DNA of 56,668 nucleotides from a virus (IMGVR_UViG_3300030329_005304:1-56668), one strand, 5' to 3'; positions 7,912 to 17,760 are shown, counted from the stretch's first letter. Notes: generated by a model from the sequence alone, not told the origin. Numbers and translations: made by a program.

Positions 7912-9321
7912 GTGCCTGACCCTATCGTCAGCCCAGAGGCAGTCAGAAGAGCGCTCGAGCTCCAAGCGAAAGCCGAGAGGGTCGGTGGAATCACAGCCGG
8001 CGGTGGAGGCAGGGCTTACCCAGAAGGCTCCCTTGTCGGCGGGAAGGTCCGGCTACAGGCTCCTGAGTATGACTACGGCGACCTAGCCCTCCGAGCTGCA
8101 CAGGCTGGAGCGCTTGGCGGGTCCGTTGGTCTGGGCGGTGCTCGAGCAACTCGCGCTTCGCCCGAGCCAGAGGGACTCTTGCTTTTCCGGGGACTCAAGG
8201 GAGAGGTTAGGGATCCAACCCTATCCATCCCAACCAAGCACGGCCCTGGTGTCTACGCCACCACAAATCCGATGCTCGCAGCGACATACATTGCGCCAAC
8301 AGAAGACGATCTCTCCGAACTTGGCGGAAGTAGGTACCTGCCAAAAACAGCCACTAGAGACAAGAGGCAGGTCAGACACGTCCCTCTCGGGGGAAGAGTC
8401 TTTCCGGTTAGGCTCATGGACAGGGAGCCCATCGAGGTGACGCGAAAAGGCGTTATCAACGAGAGCACACTGGAGCGCGCGCGACAGAGAAAGCGATCCC
8501 CGTTCAATATCTTCGTAGAGGACGACCTCCCCGCAGGAAGGGCTCTGGTGTCCAGAGACATGGAGGACTACTCCCGCATCTATCCCGGGCTCGACCCTGC
8601 CCATATCGGACAGAAGCCAAGCGACGTCTTCGCCTGGTCGGACGACGCTGTTGCCGAAAGAATCCCCGGCCCTGGCGGCCGTGGCATGACTTACCGAGAA
8701 ACTCTCGGCCTGTTGGAGGATGCCGCAAAGCGGCTAGGCTACCCAACAGAAGATCTAACCCCGATGCCCTTCACAGAAGGGACCGTGCTCTACGGGGGCG
8801 AGAGCCACATCCGCGACCTCGCGCCGAACGAGTACACCGAGGGCGGGTTCTACAAGCCCAGGGGTGGATGGCCCCTTGAGGGGCGGGGCCCGAGCCATGA
8901 GTATTCACCCCGCGTTGACGATGTCCTTGCTGAAGTGGCGAATGATCCACGGTTTGCCACTCCCGTGAGAACGAAGGCGCTGAGGCTTCTGAAGGGGGTC
9001 GCGAAAGAGGTCCTCCGGCCTAGGAATATCGTCACGGACGCCACTATTGGCGCCGGCGTCGGCGCGGGCTCTGCTATGGCGGGGCATGCATCAGCGGCAC
9101 CTGAGTCCGCTGGACTCTTCTCGCCACCCGGGGACAGTTTTGGCGGCCTTGTAAGGCCGGACGATATTGTTCGGGCGGCCGAGGCTATGGACGCAGAGCG
9201 CGAGGCCCTGCGCCAGGAGAGGCTCAGGGAGGTCTATGACCGCTACGGGTTTGGCTATGTTCCGCACACAGCAAGACTCGGCGAGCTGAACGAAATTCTC
9301 GGCGGACCCCTCGCCCGCTAA
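7912..9321 (+). CDS. Modular protein with central ADP-ribosyltransferase-like domain (paralogue 2)
   Basis: LFRG...HGPGVYATTNPMLAATY...GRVFPVRL resembles the ART/ART-PolyVal core; termini shared with 6587..7909. Confidence 0.7.
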   Translation: MPDPIVSPEAVRRALELQAKAERVGGITAGGGGRAYPEGSLVGGKVRLQAPEYDYGDLALRAAQAGALGGSVGLGGARATRASPEPEGLLLFRGLKGEVRDPTLSIPTKHGPGVYATTNPMLAATYIAPTEDDLSELGGSRYLPKTATRDKRQVRHVPLGGRVFPVRLMDREPIEVTRKGVINESTLERARQRKRSPFNIFVEDDLPAGRALVSRDMEDYSRIYPGLDPAHIGQKPSDVFAWSDDAVAERIPGPGGRGMTYRETLGLLEDAAKRLGYPTEDLTPMPFTEGTVLYGGESHIRDLAPNEYTEGGFYKPRGGWPLEGRGPSHEYSPRVDDVLAEVANDPRFATPVRTKALRLLKGVAKEVLRPRNIVTDATIGAGVGAGSAMAGHASAAPESAGLFSPPGDSFGGLVRPDDIVRAAEAMDAEREALRQERLREVYDRYGFGYVPHTARLGELNEILGGPLAR

Positions 9322-9662
9322 CGCTCTCGCTCAAGCGCCTCGACGCGGACCTTGAGCTCTCGGACATCCCCAGTAAGAACGCCGATCCTCTGAAGGTGGT
9401 CCAGGCTTGTCGGCGGCTCGTCCATTTCCGTGTCGATCCTGGTCAACTCCTCCTCGAGCCGCTCAACCCTCAGGCGCATCTCCATCAACTCTGGGCCCGT
9501 GTCGCTTCCGATAGGGCGCTCCTGTAGCGAGCGCACGTCTGCCCTTAGGTTGTAGTAGACGCCAGCGAGGGACAGTGCCCAGCCGACAACAGCAATAGAC
9601 ACGACCACGACGGTCTTTAGTGGGAGCTTCGCGTCCTCGAGGTCCCTATCCTTGGGTCCCAT
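9318..9662 (-). CDS. Single-TM coiled-coil membrane protein
   Basis: Hydrophobic VVVVSIAVVGWALSLAGVYY followed by heptad-like C-terminus. Confidence 0.65.
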   Translation of the reverse strand: MGPKDRDLEDAKLPLKTVVVVSIAVVGWALSLAGVYYNLRADVRSLQERPIGSDTGPELMEMRLRVERLEEELTRIDTEMDEPPTSLDHLQRIGVLTGDVRELKVRVEALERER

Positions 9663-9731
9663 TGACTTGCCCTTTCTTGACTCTTGTAGGAGTCTCCGCT
9701 GTATTCTGGGGGCCCGAAAGGAGAGGCTGGA

Positions 9732-10019
9732 ATGAGTTTCGACCCGAGTGACTTCAGCGTCAAGGAGGCCGTTAAGAGGCTTAGTGGCCTTGACGATAGC
9801 GAACTGGAGGCTGTTTACGACGCAGAGATGGACGGTCGTGGGCGAGTTTCCCTTCTCCGGGAGATCACCTCCAGGAGAGATCGCATCCGAGAAGAGCCCT
9901 CTCCCGAGCCCTCTCCCGAGCCCTCTCCCGAGCCCGCCCCTTCGGCGCCAGACCCTCGCATCGAGTACAGGCCCGCCAGGCCTGGTGCGGCAGCGGCGGC
10001 CTACATTAAGAACAGCTAG
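9732..10019 (+). CDS. Small helical-domain protein with (EPSP)n linker
   Basis: SVKEAVKRLSGLDDSELEAVYDAEMDGRGRVSLL; 12-bp tandem repeat CCCTCTCCCGAG x3 near 9895-9930. Confidence 0.7.
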   Translation: MSFDPSDFSVKEAVKRLSGLDDSELEAVYDAEMDGRGRVSLLREITSRRDRIREEPSPEPSPEPSPEPAPSAPDPRIEYRPARPGAAAAAYIKNS

Positions 10020-10030
10020 GAAGGAACAGC

Positions 10031-10573
10031 ATGGAACCGACGTCCGCTCAGGTAAACAACAAGGAATACGTCAAGGCCCGGAAGACCCTGACCAGGGATC
10101 AACTGGATGCCTGCTTGTCGAACAAGGAGGTCCAGTCCCGGTTCAAGCGCTATTCGACGATCGGCAGGTCTCATGGCGAGGGCCCGATGCGGGAGCCCGA
10201 GGCTCTTGAGGAGGCCTTGATGGACGTCTTCTGCGGGGCGAAGAGTCGTGGGTTTAGGCTCTACCGGGACTATGCGACCGATGCCCACGTGAAGCGGATG
10301 AAGCGGATTCTCGCTGACACGGCCAAGGGCATGGTCGTTAACGAGTTTGTCCCTGACATGGTGGACCTTCGGGCCAGGCTTCGGAGCACGTCGGACCTGG
10401 GGACCCTTGCCGGCCTTCTAGCCGCCGAGCAGGCTGGCAGGAACGAGAACGAGGCTCCCCGTGACGACGCCATTCGCGCGATTCTCGCTCGGATTACCGC
10501 GGTCCAATCGGATGACGACGCGACCAAGAGCCACGAGGCCTCTGAGGACGAGCTCCGAGAAGCGGCTGGCTAG
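10031..10573 (+). CDS. Hypothetical protein, possible terminase small subunit
   Basis: Directly upstream of and overlapping TerL; TerS identity by position only. Confidence 0.5.
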   Translation: MEPTSAQVNNKEYVKARKTLTRDQLDACLSNKEVQSRFKRYSTIGRSHGEGPMREPEALEEALMDVFCGAKSRGFRLYRDYATDAHVKRMKRILADTAKGMVVNEFVPDMVDLRARLRSTSDLGTLAGLLAAEQAGRNENEAPRDDAIRAILARITAVQSDDDATKSHEASEDELREAAG

Positions 10574-12543
10574 TGCCCCGCAAGGCGATGACGGTCAAGC
10601 GGTCTCGTGAGATCGCAGAGCGTCTTACCGAGACGGAGGAGTACAGGGACTTTCCGAACTTCAGCGGGAAGTACCTTCGCGTTCTTAATCGTCCAGAGAC
10701 GAGCATGCACGGGAAGGTGGGCCAGACGGTTCCCTTTGTTTTGAATCCAGTCCAGGAGGATTTCTTCCAGAGGATGATGAAGGCCCGGGAGGAGGGTCGC
10801 CCGGGTCGGTTCATCGTTCTCAAGGCCCGTCGCATGGGGCTGAGCACGGTCACTCAGGCATTCATGTTCCACCAATGCCTCACCAATCGCGACCGGCGAG
10901 CGTTCGTTACGGCGGTAGATCGGATCACAACCAACAACATCTTCATGATGGCGAAGAAGATGTACGACAACCTTCCCCGGAAGGCTTCTTCTTCTGGCGG
11001 CAAGAAGAAGTACTCCTCACCCGAGGAGCTTCTCGCCGACATCGACAAGAAAGAGGACGAACTTGACCTGCGTCCCGAGCTTCGTCGGAACAACGACAAC
11101 GAACTGTGGATGACCCACCCACTGGATGAGACAGCGGGACTGAACTCGAAGTTCGAGGTATCCGTCGCGGACAACGTCCACTCGACTCGTGGGTTTGAGA
11201 TTCACTACTTCCACGGTTCTGAGATTGCGTTCTGGAACGACCCAGAGACCTTCATGCTTGGTCTGATGCAGACCCTGTCTGACGATCCGGAAACTCTTGT
11301 TGTGCTCGAGTCCACGGCAAACGGCTCCGGCGGATACTTCCACCGAGAATTCTGGAAGGCCTGGAACAAGGAGGACAGCGAAGGCAATCCAATCGAGAGC
11401 GACTGGGAGGCTGTCTTCTACCCGTGGTGGGAGATGCCCAACTACCGAAGAGAGGTCCCAGACGGCGTCTCTTTCGACGATCTGCTCAAGCGGTTTGACG
11501 ACACGCTCCTTGGGATGATTCAAGAGTACGACCTGACACCAGACCAGGCCTATTGGGCCTATCGGGTGTGGATGGACAAGTGCCAGGGTGACTGGGACCT
11601 GTTCAAGCAGGAGTACCCGGGCAAGCCAGAGGAGGCGTTCGCGTTCTCGGCCAGTCGGGTCTTTGAGGAGCCGGACCTCGCGAGAATCGAGTGCGTGTCC
11701 ACCAGGACGCCCATCTTTGTGGGCAAGATTGCGGACACATCCGACCGAGTGGAGTCTGAGTCGAGGGTGAATCTCGCTGGCTACATGAAGCCGGAGTTGC
11801 TGCCCCCGAGTGCATCCGGAGAAGAGGACCTATGGGTGTGGGAGCATCCACAGGAGGACGTTCGCTATGTCGTGGCTGTCGACCCCTCCGCGGGTCGTTC
11901 GTCTGGAGACTGGACGGCGATACAGGTGGTTCGCTCGGATACTCGCGTTCAGGTGGCAGAGTATCGCGGTCGCTGTGAAGCGATGCCGACAGCGGAGATG
12001 GCCGTTCTTCTGGCGCTTCGGTACAACAACGCGCTTCTCTCGTGGGAGATTAACGGCGTTGGGCACGCGGTCTCTCTCGGCATCATGCAGACGGAGTACT
12101 GGAACCTCTACCAGCGAGAGCAGGTAGAGTCGGTCAACTTCGATGCCCGCTATGGCTGGTCGACGACGCTTGCAACGAAGCCCATCATGGTTCACGTTGG
12201 GATTGACATCGTCCGTGCGCGGATGCCTGTGATCAGAAGCTCCCGACTGGTGAAAGAGATGCGGATGTTCATGGAGCTGACGAAGAAGTCCACCAGTTCC
12301 CTAGCCCTCGTCTCTGGCGATGAGACGTACAAGAGGGTGAAGGTCGGAGCTCCACCGGGGGAGCATGATGACTTGGTCATGGCCTGGCTTCAGGCACAGG
12401 CTGTTTGCGATATCGAGCACGGCTCCGCGAACCGACTAGATCCCAGGGCGAAGGAGCTTCCACCTCCGAACTGGACAAAGTGGGATGATGATGAGGATCA
12501 TCGTCCTGTCGAAGGACCGACTCTTGGGACAAGGTGGCTGTGA
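10573..12543 (+). CDS. terL: Terminase large subunit
   Basis: Q-motif LNPVQ, Walker A LKARRMGLST, Walker B-like HGSEIAFW, coupling motif ESTANG, nuclease motifs AVDPS and HDDLVMA. Confidence 0.95.
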   Translation: MPRKAMTVKRSREIAERLTETEEYRDFPNFSGKYLRVLNRPETSMHGKVGQTVPFVLNPVQEDFFQRMMKAREEGRPGRFIVLKARRMGLSTVTQAFMFHQCLTNRDRRAFVTAVDRITTNNIFMMAKKMYDNLPRKASSSGGKKKYSSPEELLADIDKKEDELDLRPELRRNNDNELWMTHPLDETAGLNSKFEVSVADNVHSTRGFEIHYFHGSEIAFWNDPETFMLGLMQTLSDDPETLVVLESTANGSGGYFHREFWKAWNKEDSEGNPIESDWEAVFYPWWEMPNYRREVPDGVSFDDLLKRFDDTLLGMIQEYDLTPDQAYWAYRVWMDKCQGDWDLFKQEYPGKPEEAFAFSASRVFEEPDLARIECVSTRTPIFVGKIADTSDRVESESRVNLAGYMKPELLPPSASGEEDLWVWEHPQEDVRYVVAVDPSAGRSSGDWTAIQVVRSDTRVQVAEYRGRCEAMPTAEMAVLLALRYNNALLSWEINGVGHAVSLGIMQTEYWNLYQREQVESVNFDARYGWSTTLATKPIMVHVGIDIVRARMPVIRSSRLVKEMRMFMELTKKSTSSLALVSGDETYKRVKVGAPPGEHDDLVMAWLQAQAVCDIEHGSANRLDPRAKELPPPNWTKWDDDEDHRPVEGPTLGTRWL

Positions 12544-14474
12544 TGGCGAAGTTCGACCCGTCCAGGGTTCCTATTAAGGCTGAGGAGGCCACGGCCCTTC
12601 TCGACAAGGTCCTTGTTTCCGAGTCCATCATTCGGAAGGCGCACTTCGACGACTGGTCGCGCCTCATGGAGGCTTACCGTCTCGGTGTCCAGAAGAGTGA
12701 TGGCAAGTCGGGGATGGCTCTTATTTCCTCCTCGGTCGACGCGCTAAAGCCGCACATCTTCCACAACGACCCATCGATCTACGCCCGCCCTCGTCGCCCT
12801 TCAGATCTTTCTGGGGACGTTGAGATCAAGGCGAAGTTGGCCCAGGCGGCCCTCTCCTATGAGTGGGTTGAGGGCGGCTTTTCTGTCGAGTGCAGGAAGA
12901 TCCTGGACGACGCTCTGATTCTCTCCGCGGGGATTGGGCGGGTCACATATCAGCCGGCTGGCGTTTTCGTTCCAGTTGAAGACTACGACAGGGACCTGGA
13001 CGAAGAGGTTGAGCTCGGCGACGACGAGGCCATGAGCACCGTTCGGGACCGCCTCGAGGAGCTCGGCTTTCCGGTCGACCGCCAGACAGCCCATGTCACG
13101 ATGAGGCGAGTCAGTCCCTTCAACTTCATCTTCCCCCCTGGCTACGACGAGATTGGTCGCATGCCGTGGGTTGCGGTTCGCCATCTCATCCACATCGACG
13201 AACTGCGGAACGACGACCGGTTCAGGAACACCTCTGGCTTGGTTGCCGACAAGGTGAAGTCTCTTGATGAACTGAATGAGTCAAACATCGGGAACGTCTG
13301 GCGCCGAGAGGAGGCGGAGCACGTCGAGGTCTACGAGATTTGGTACCACACCTGGGCCAGTCGACTTGTCCGCTCTGGAGGGAAGAGCCGCAGGAAGAAG
13401 GTCAAGGAGATGCGTGTCCTGTGGGTCTGTCAGCAGACAAACAAGGATGGCCGTGGCCCGACCGTCCTCAAGCATGCACTGTCTCCTCTGGACATGGAGG
13501 GCTACCCCTTCGTGGACCTTCGCTTCGAGCGCGTGAACGACCAGTTCTATGGGATCTCACTCGTCCACAAGATGCTCCCCATCGCCGAGCTTATCCAGCG
13601 TCTGGTCGACGGGGCCGTCAGCGGACTCGAGGCCGGGATGGCCCTCAAGACCATCTACAAGGACGGCATCTTCGACCGCTCGGCGAAGGCCGCGCTTGCT
13701 TCCCCGAGGCCCGAGATGGTCGCGGCGAAGTCGAAGAATGTCTCCGCCGACATCAAGGCTTTCGTGATGCCGTCGTTTCCCCAGGAGTTCTTGGGCGCCC
13801 TGAACCTTCTTCGGTCTTTCATGAACGAGGTGGGGGCAGGGGACGAGGCGACTCGAGGTGGACGGACATCGGCCAAGTCGGCTACCGAGGTTTCCTACCG
13901 CGCCGCGATGCATGCCGGTCGGTCTGAGAGCAAGCTCCGCCTGTTCGAGGGTTTTGTCCAGACTGTGGCCCGGAAGGTTCTCCAGGTGATGCAGCAGTAC
14001 TACGACGCGGAGCGCTGGGTTCGTGTCACAGGCATCGAGGAGCCCGTCTCGTACACTCGGAGTGACATCCGGGGAGAGTTTGATGTCGGCATCCACGCTG
14101 GCTCCATGAAGCCGGTTGGGCCGGAGGCAGAGCGCCAGGCCTACATTGGGTTCATGAACGCGCTGGCCATGGCCGCTCAGTCCCTGACTGCCGCCCAGGT
14201 GCCGCCGCAGGCGATTGGCAAGTTCTACGAGAAGGCCCTGGCTTTGTGGGAGCAGGACAGCCCTGAGATGCGTGACAGTTTCGCGCAGCTCTTTGGCGAG
14301 GCTGCTGCTGCTGCTGGAGCAGCCCCCGCTGCTGCCGGTGCTCCTGTGGGGCAGGAGCCTCCTGCTGAGATTGCCAGTGGCGCCGCGGTCAATCCGGCGA
14401 CGGGTGATCCGCTGACGATGCCGGCTGCTGCGCGTCCGACATTCTCGCCACCGCCTGGCGTTCCACAGTTCTAG
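12543..14474 (+). CDS. Portal protein
   Basis: About 640 aa directly after TerL; podovirus-portal-like segments (RRVSPFNF, SATEV, GEFDVGI). Confidence 0.85.
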   Translation: MAKFDPSRVPIKAEEATALLDKVLVSESIIRKAHFDDWSRLMEAYRLGVQKSDGKSGMALISSSVDALKPHIFHNDPSIYARPRRPSDLSGDVEIKAKLAQAALSYEWVEGGFSVECRKILDDALILSAGIGRVTYQPAGVFVPVEDYDRDLDEEVELGDDEAMSTVRDRLEELGFPVDRQTAHVTMRRVSPFNFIFPPGYDEIGRMPWVAVRHLIHIDELRNDDRFRNTSGLVADKVKSLDELNESNIGNVWRREEAEHVEVYEIWYHTWASRLVRSGGKSRRKKVKEMRVLWVCQQTNKDGRGPTVLKHALSPLDMEGYPFVDLRFERVNDQFYGISLVHKMLPIAELIQRLVDGAVSGLEAGMALKTIYKDGIFDRSAKAALASPRPEMVAAKSKNVSADIKAFVMPSFPQEFLGALNLLRSFMNEVGAGDEATRGGRTSAKSATEVSYRAAMHAGRSESKLRLFEGFVQTVARKVLQVMQQYYDAERWVRVTGIEEPVSYTRSDIRGEFDVGIHAGSMKPVGPEAERQAYIGFMNALAMAAQSLTAAQVPPQAIGKFYEKALALWEQDSPEMRDSFAQLFGEAAAAAGAAPAAAGAPVGQEPPAEIASGAAVNPATGDPLTMPAAARPTFSPPPGVPQF

Positions 14475-14486
14475 GGAGGGTTTGAG

Positions 14487-15041
14487 TTGCCTGTTTACTC
14501 GTTTCGCTGCACGAGATGTGAACACAAGACAGAGCAGGGCTTCACTGTGGCCGGGTTCAAGGCCCAAAAGGCCCAGGGGTTCCGCTTCTTGTCGTGTGGT
14601 CGGTGTCGCCGGAGGGCCACGCTGGTCCATGACCTTTTGGCAGATCTGAAGACCCAGAGCACCCATCGCGACGAGTACACGTTCCACGCGAATGCCCCCG
14701 AGGAGCATCTGGTCGGAAAGACGGTAACCAAGGCGGAGGCGGCGTCCATCCTGAAAAAGCACGGCCTGGTCAATGCCGGCAAGGACGCGAAGCGCAAGTC
14801 CAAGAGAAACCGCAGGATCATTACCGAGGCTGAGATTGCGAATAAGTGGTCTTCGGTCTCAAAGGAGCCTGCGACAGATGTAGACAAGTCAGTTGACACG
14901 GACGAGGCTGCCGTGGATACGATTGTTTCCAAGTCCTGGCCTGACCTTAAACGGCAGGCCAAGGAGTTGGGCATCAAGGTGCCCAGCACAACAAAGCGAC
15001 ACGAACTTGAGCAACTGGTTCGTGAAAAACTCGCTTCCTAG
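14487..15041 (+). CDS. FmdB-like zinc-ribbon protein with C-terminal Rho-N/HeH-like helix pair
   Basis: MPVYSFRCTRC...CGRC; WPDLKRQAKELGIKV...KRHEL. Confidence 0.7.
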   Translation: MPVYSFRCTRCEHKTEQGFTVAGFKAQKAQGFRFLSCGRCRRRATLVHDLLADLKTQSTHRDEYTFHANAPEEHLVGKTVTKAEAASILKKHGLVNAGKDAKRKSKRNRRIITEAEIANKWSSVSKEPATDVDKSVDTDEAAVDTIVSKSWPDLKRQAKELGIKVPSTTKRHELEQLVREKLAS

Positions 15042-15059
15042 TTGCAAGGTGGAGAACCT

Positions 15060-16019
15060 GTGAATCCAGAGCTTGGCAACGACAACCCTGCTACCGAGGA
15101 TACTGCAGAAGCACCCGACAACTCTGGGGAGATCACCCCTGAGACCGGAGCAACTGTCGGTGATGCGGCTGCGGGGACCGAGGCCGGTGGCGAAGGTGAA
15201 GATGGTTCTGGGTCGTTTTGGTCGGGGAATCCCCTCGACCTCGCGCCTGAGAATCTCGCCATCTACCGAGAGATGCAGTCTGGTCTGACGAAGAAGAATC
15301 AGGAGATCGCCAACTCTAGGCGTGAACTTGAGGCGAGTCGGCAGGCCCTGGCTGGACAGCAAGCCCAACTGCAGCAGGCTTGGCTTGCGCTTCAAGCGCA
15401 GGCTGGGCAAAGGCCGAATGGGGCCGTCGAGGGTGCCCAGGAGACTGGGCCAACCGTCGATGAATTGCGACAGCGGTTCACCGAAAAAGCACAGTCTGGG
15501 GATGGGTTTGGTGCCCTACTCGAGGTGATGGATGCTCGTCTGAAGCAGAGTTCTGCTGGCGGCGAGCGCGAGGCTGCTCTTCTCAGACAGATCGAGGAGC
15601 TCAGGGGACAGGTCGGTTCGGTTGCGGAGGCTTTTGCGCCGCACCGGGAGGCCAGTCGTCTGAACACGATCTTCGAGGAGATGCGTGGTTCTCAGTACCG
15701 CGAGTTCAAGGATGACCGTGTGCGAGAGCAGATGCGTCAGATCTTGGACTCTGGCGACCCGACGATCACCAGTCTCCTCGGCTCGGGAACAGAGTCCGCC
15801 TACCGGGCGGCCTTGTCCCTTGCCGGGGAGCGCGCTATTCGGGCGGTCAATGAGGGCCGGCTGATCGACAATGCCAAGCGAAGAGCAGATACTCAGCCAC
15901 CGGCTGCACAGTCTGGGACGTCTTCGACTCCGCTCGGCTCCACGGCCGAGATGTCCATGGATGACATCTTGAACGCCGTTTTGGGGCAGAATCCGGATTT
16001 GGGGTCTCGGCTGGTTTAG
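15060..16019 (+). CDS. Capsid scaffolding protein
   Basis: Acidic disordered N-terminus, coiled coil, position before MCP; GTG 15060 after GGAG. Confidence 0.75.
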   Translation: MNPELGNDNPATEDTAEAPDNSGEITPETGATVGDAAAGTEAGGEGEDGSGSFWSGNPLDLAPENLAIYREMQSGLTKKNQEIANSRRELEASRQALAGQQAQLQQAWLALQAQAGQRPNGAVEGAQETGPTVDELRQRFTEKAQSGDGFGALLEVMDARLKQSSAGGEREAALLRQIEELRGQVGSVAEAFAPHREASRLNTIFEEMRGSQYREFKDDRVREQMRQILDSGDPTITSLLGSGTESAYRAALSLAGERAIRAVNEGRLIDNAKRRADTQPPAAQSGTSSTPLGSTAEMSMDDILNAVLGQNPDLGSRLV

Positions 16020-16044
16020 CTAGGGCGAGGGAGAAGAGGAACTC

Positions 16045-17136
16045 ATGGGCGCACCATTTTCAACCACCCTTTCTGACTACACCAAGGCGTTCAGCCTGAC
16101 GTGGGGAGCGAGTTGGGAGAAGCTTGTCTGGCTGATCCTGGAACAGTCCCCCCTCCTGTACCTCATGTACAAGAAGGGCGCGATCCATCTCGAGGCGGCT
16201 CCGTACGCGCGGATTCCGTTCGCACACGCTGAGAACCCGAACGTCCAGACCTACCAGGGCTCTCAGGTCCTGAACACGGCTGACAGCGAGTTCGCCAAGC
16301 CGTTCATCTGGGACTCGTGGGGTCAGATCTCCTGCCAGTCCGTCGTCGCTTGCGACAAGGTGGACCTGAACCAGAACGCCAAGCGCCAGATTGGGAAGCT
16401 TCTCGATGCAGAGCTCACCCAGTGCGCCATCACGATGCGAAACTTTATTGAAGAGCAGCTTCACACGGCCAGCAGCGTCAGCGGCGACATCGACGGCCTC
16501 CGGGGAATGATCGAGTTCCTCACCCCCGCAGCTCAGGCAGCGGGCGGTACGGTGGTTGGTAACGTGGCGAAGACCTCCACGTACCACCACAACCAGTACC
16601 AGGAGATCGCTGGCGGTTTCATGACTGACGGCATCCCGGCCTGGACGAAGCTCTACCGCGAGTGCTCGAAGTTCGGCCGACGTCCCGACGTCATGCTCGT
16701 CGATCCGGCGGTCTACGACGGCTACGAGGAGTGGTGTGGACCCGAGCGTGCTCTGGTCGACGAGGACATGGGAAGCGCTGGCTTCACCTCGCTTCGCTTC
16801 AAGGGCGCATCGGTCATCCCTGACTACAACATCACCGAGAACAGCGGCGAGGGCTTCCTCCTCAACCTGACCGGTGGTTCCCCCAGCGGTGCCTCCGGGC
16901 ACGGCTTCGAGCCGGGCATGCTTGACCCCGTCAAGGGCAAGAGCCAGGGCAAGACCAACCTCGGCAACATGGTCCTCTGGATCAACCCGAACGCACACTT
17001 CTTCATGGACGATTGGCGTCTGGCCCAGGAGCAGTGGGCTTGGATCTCCAAGACCAAGTTCCACGGAATCCTCACCGTCTCCAACCTCCGCGAGCAGGGC
17101 TGCTTCGACTTCGCGGGCGGCGCCTACAGCGCCTAG
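16045..17136 (+). CDS. Major capsid protein
   Basis: 363 aa; HK97-type features (IDGLRGMI, RPDVMLVD, AGFTSLRFKG); strong codon bias. Confidence 0.85.
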   Translation: MGAPFSTTLSDYTKAFSLTWGASWEKLVWLILEQSPLLYLMYKKGAIHLEAAPYARIPFAHAENPNVQTYQGSQVLNTADSEFAKPFIWDSWGQISCQSVVACDKVDLNQNAKRQIGKLLDAELTQCAITMRNFIEEQLHTASSVSGDIDGLRGMIEFLTPAAQAAGGTVVGNVAKTSTYHHNQYQEIAGGFMTDGIPAWTKLYRECSKFGRRPDVMLVDPAVYDGYEEWCGPERALVDEDMGSAGFTSLRFKGASVIPDYNITENSGEGFLLNLTGGSPSGASGHGFEPGMLDPVKGKSQGKTNLGNMVLWINPNAHFFMDDWRLAQEQWAWISKTKFHGILTVSNLREQGCFDFAGGAYSA

Positions 17137-17151
17137 AAAGGAAGTACTGAA

Positions 17152-17685
17152 ATGGCTCTTTCAAACCCACTCAGAAAGACCGTTGACGCGGTTGCCAAGG
17201 AAAGTCTGGCAGACGCTGACGTTGTGGCCCTCATGGTCCAGAAGGACGGCACCCTGAATGCCTACAAGTTCAACGCAGCGGACGCAGCCCAAACCCAGGA
17301 CTATGTTCCGATCGCTGGCGTTGTCGAGCACAAGGGCGGCGGCGGCTCTGTTGCTTCGGGTGACACGGTCTCCGTGGTCGTCCAGGGGTACTGCAGGGCG
17401 AAGGTCTATCCGCAGACGACGGCACTGACGGCAGGCTCTGCTGTTGCGTTCCTGTACCTTGCGGACGAGAACACGGATGCCGCCGCGTCTGGCTGTTTCT
17501 GCAGCGACATCGGAGACACGAGTCTGGCTGCGACTGCCGTTGTCACCGACCTGACCGTTGACGCCCAGCAGGCGAACTACATTCGGGGCGTTCGTGGAAT
17601 CTTTGTCGGCGATGCAACCGTCACCGCAGGCACCACGGTCGCTATCCAGGACGTGTTCGTCTACAACAACCCGATCGTCATCTGA
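17152..17685 (+). CDS. Capsid decoration/cement-like protein
   Basis: Follows MCP; beta-rich, SGDTVSVVVQGYC. Confidence 0.6.
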   Translation: MALSNPLRKTVDAVAKESLADADVVALMVQKDGTLNAYKFNAADAAQTQDYVPIAGVVEHKGGGGSVASGDTVSVVVQGYCRAKVYPQTTALTAGSAVAFLYLADENTDAAASGCFCSDIGDTSLAATAVVTDLTVDAQQANYIRGVRGIFVGDATVTAGTTVAIQDVFVYNNPIVI

Positions 17686-17736
17686 CAACCTCGCCCGTCA
17701 GCCGCCCTCAGGGTCGCTGGCGGGCAGCACACCCGA

Positions 17737-17760
17737 AGGTGGGGGCTTCGGCCCCCACCT
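17737..17760 (+). terminator. UUCG-capped hairpin after the capsid genes
   Basis: AGGTGGGGGC-TTCG-GCCCCCACCT. Confidence 0.6.
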
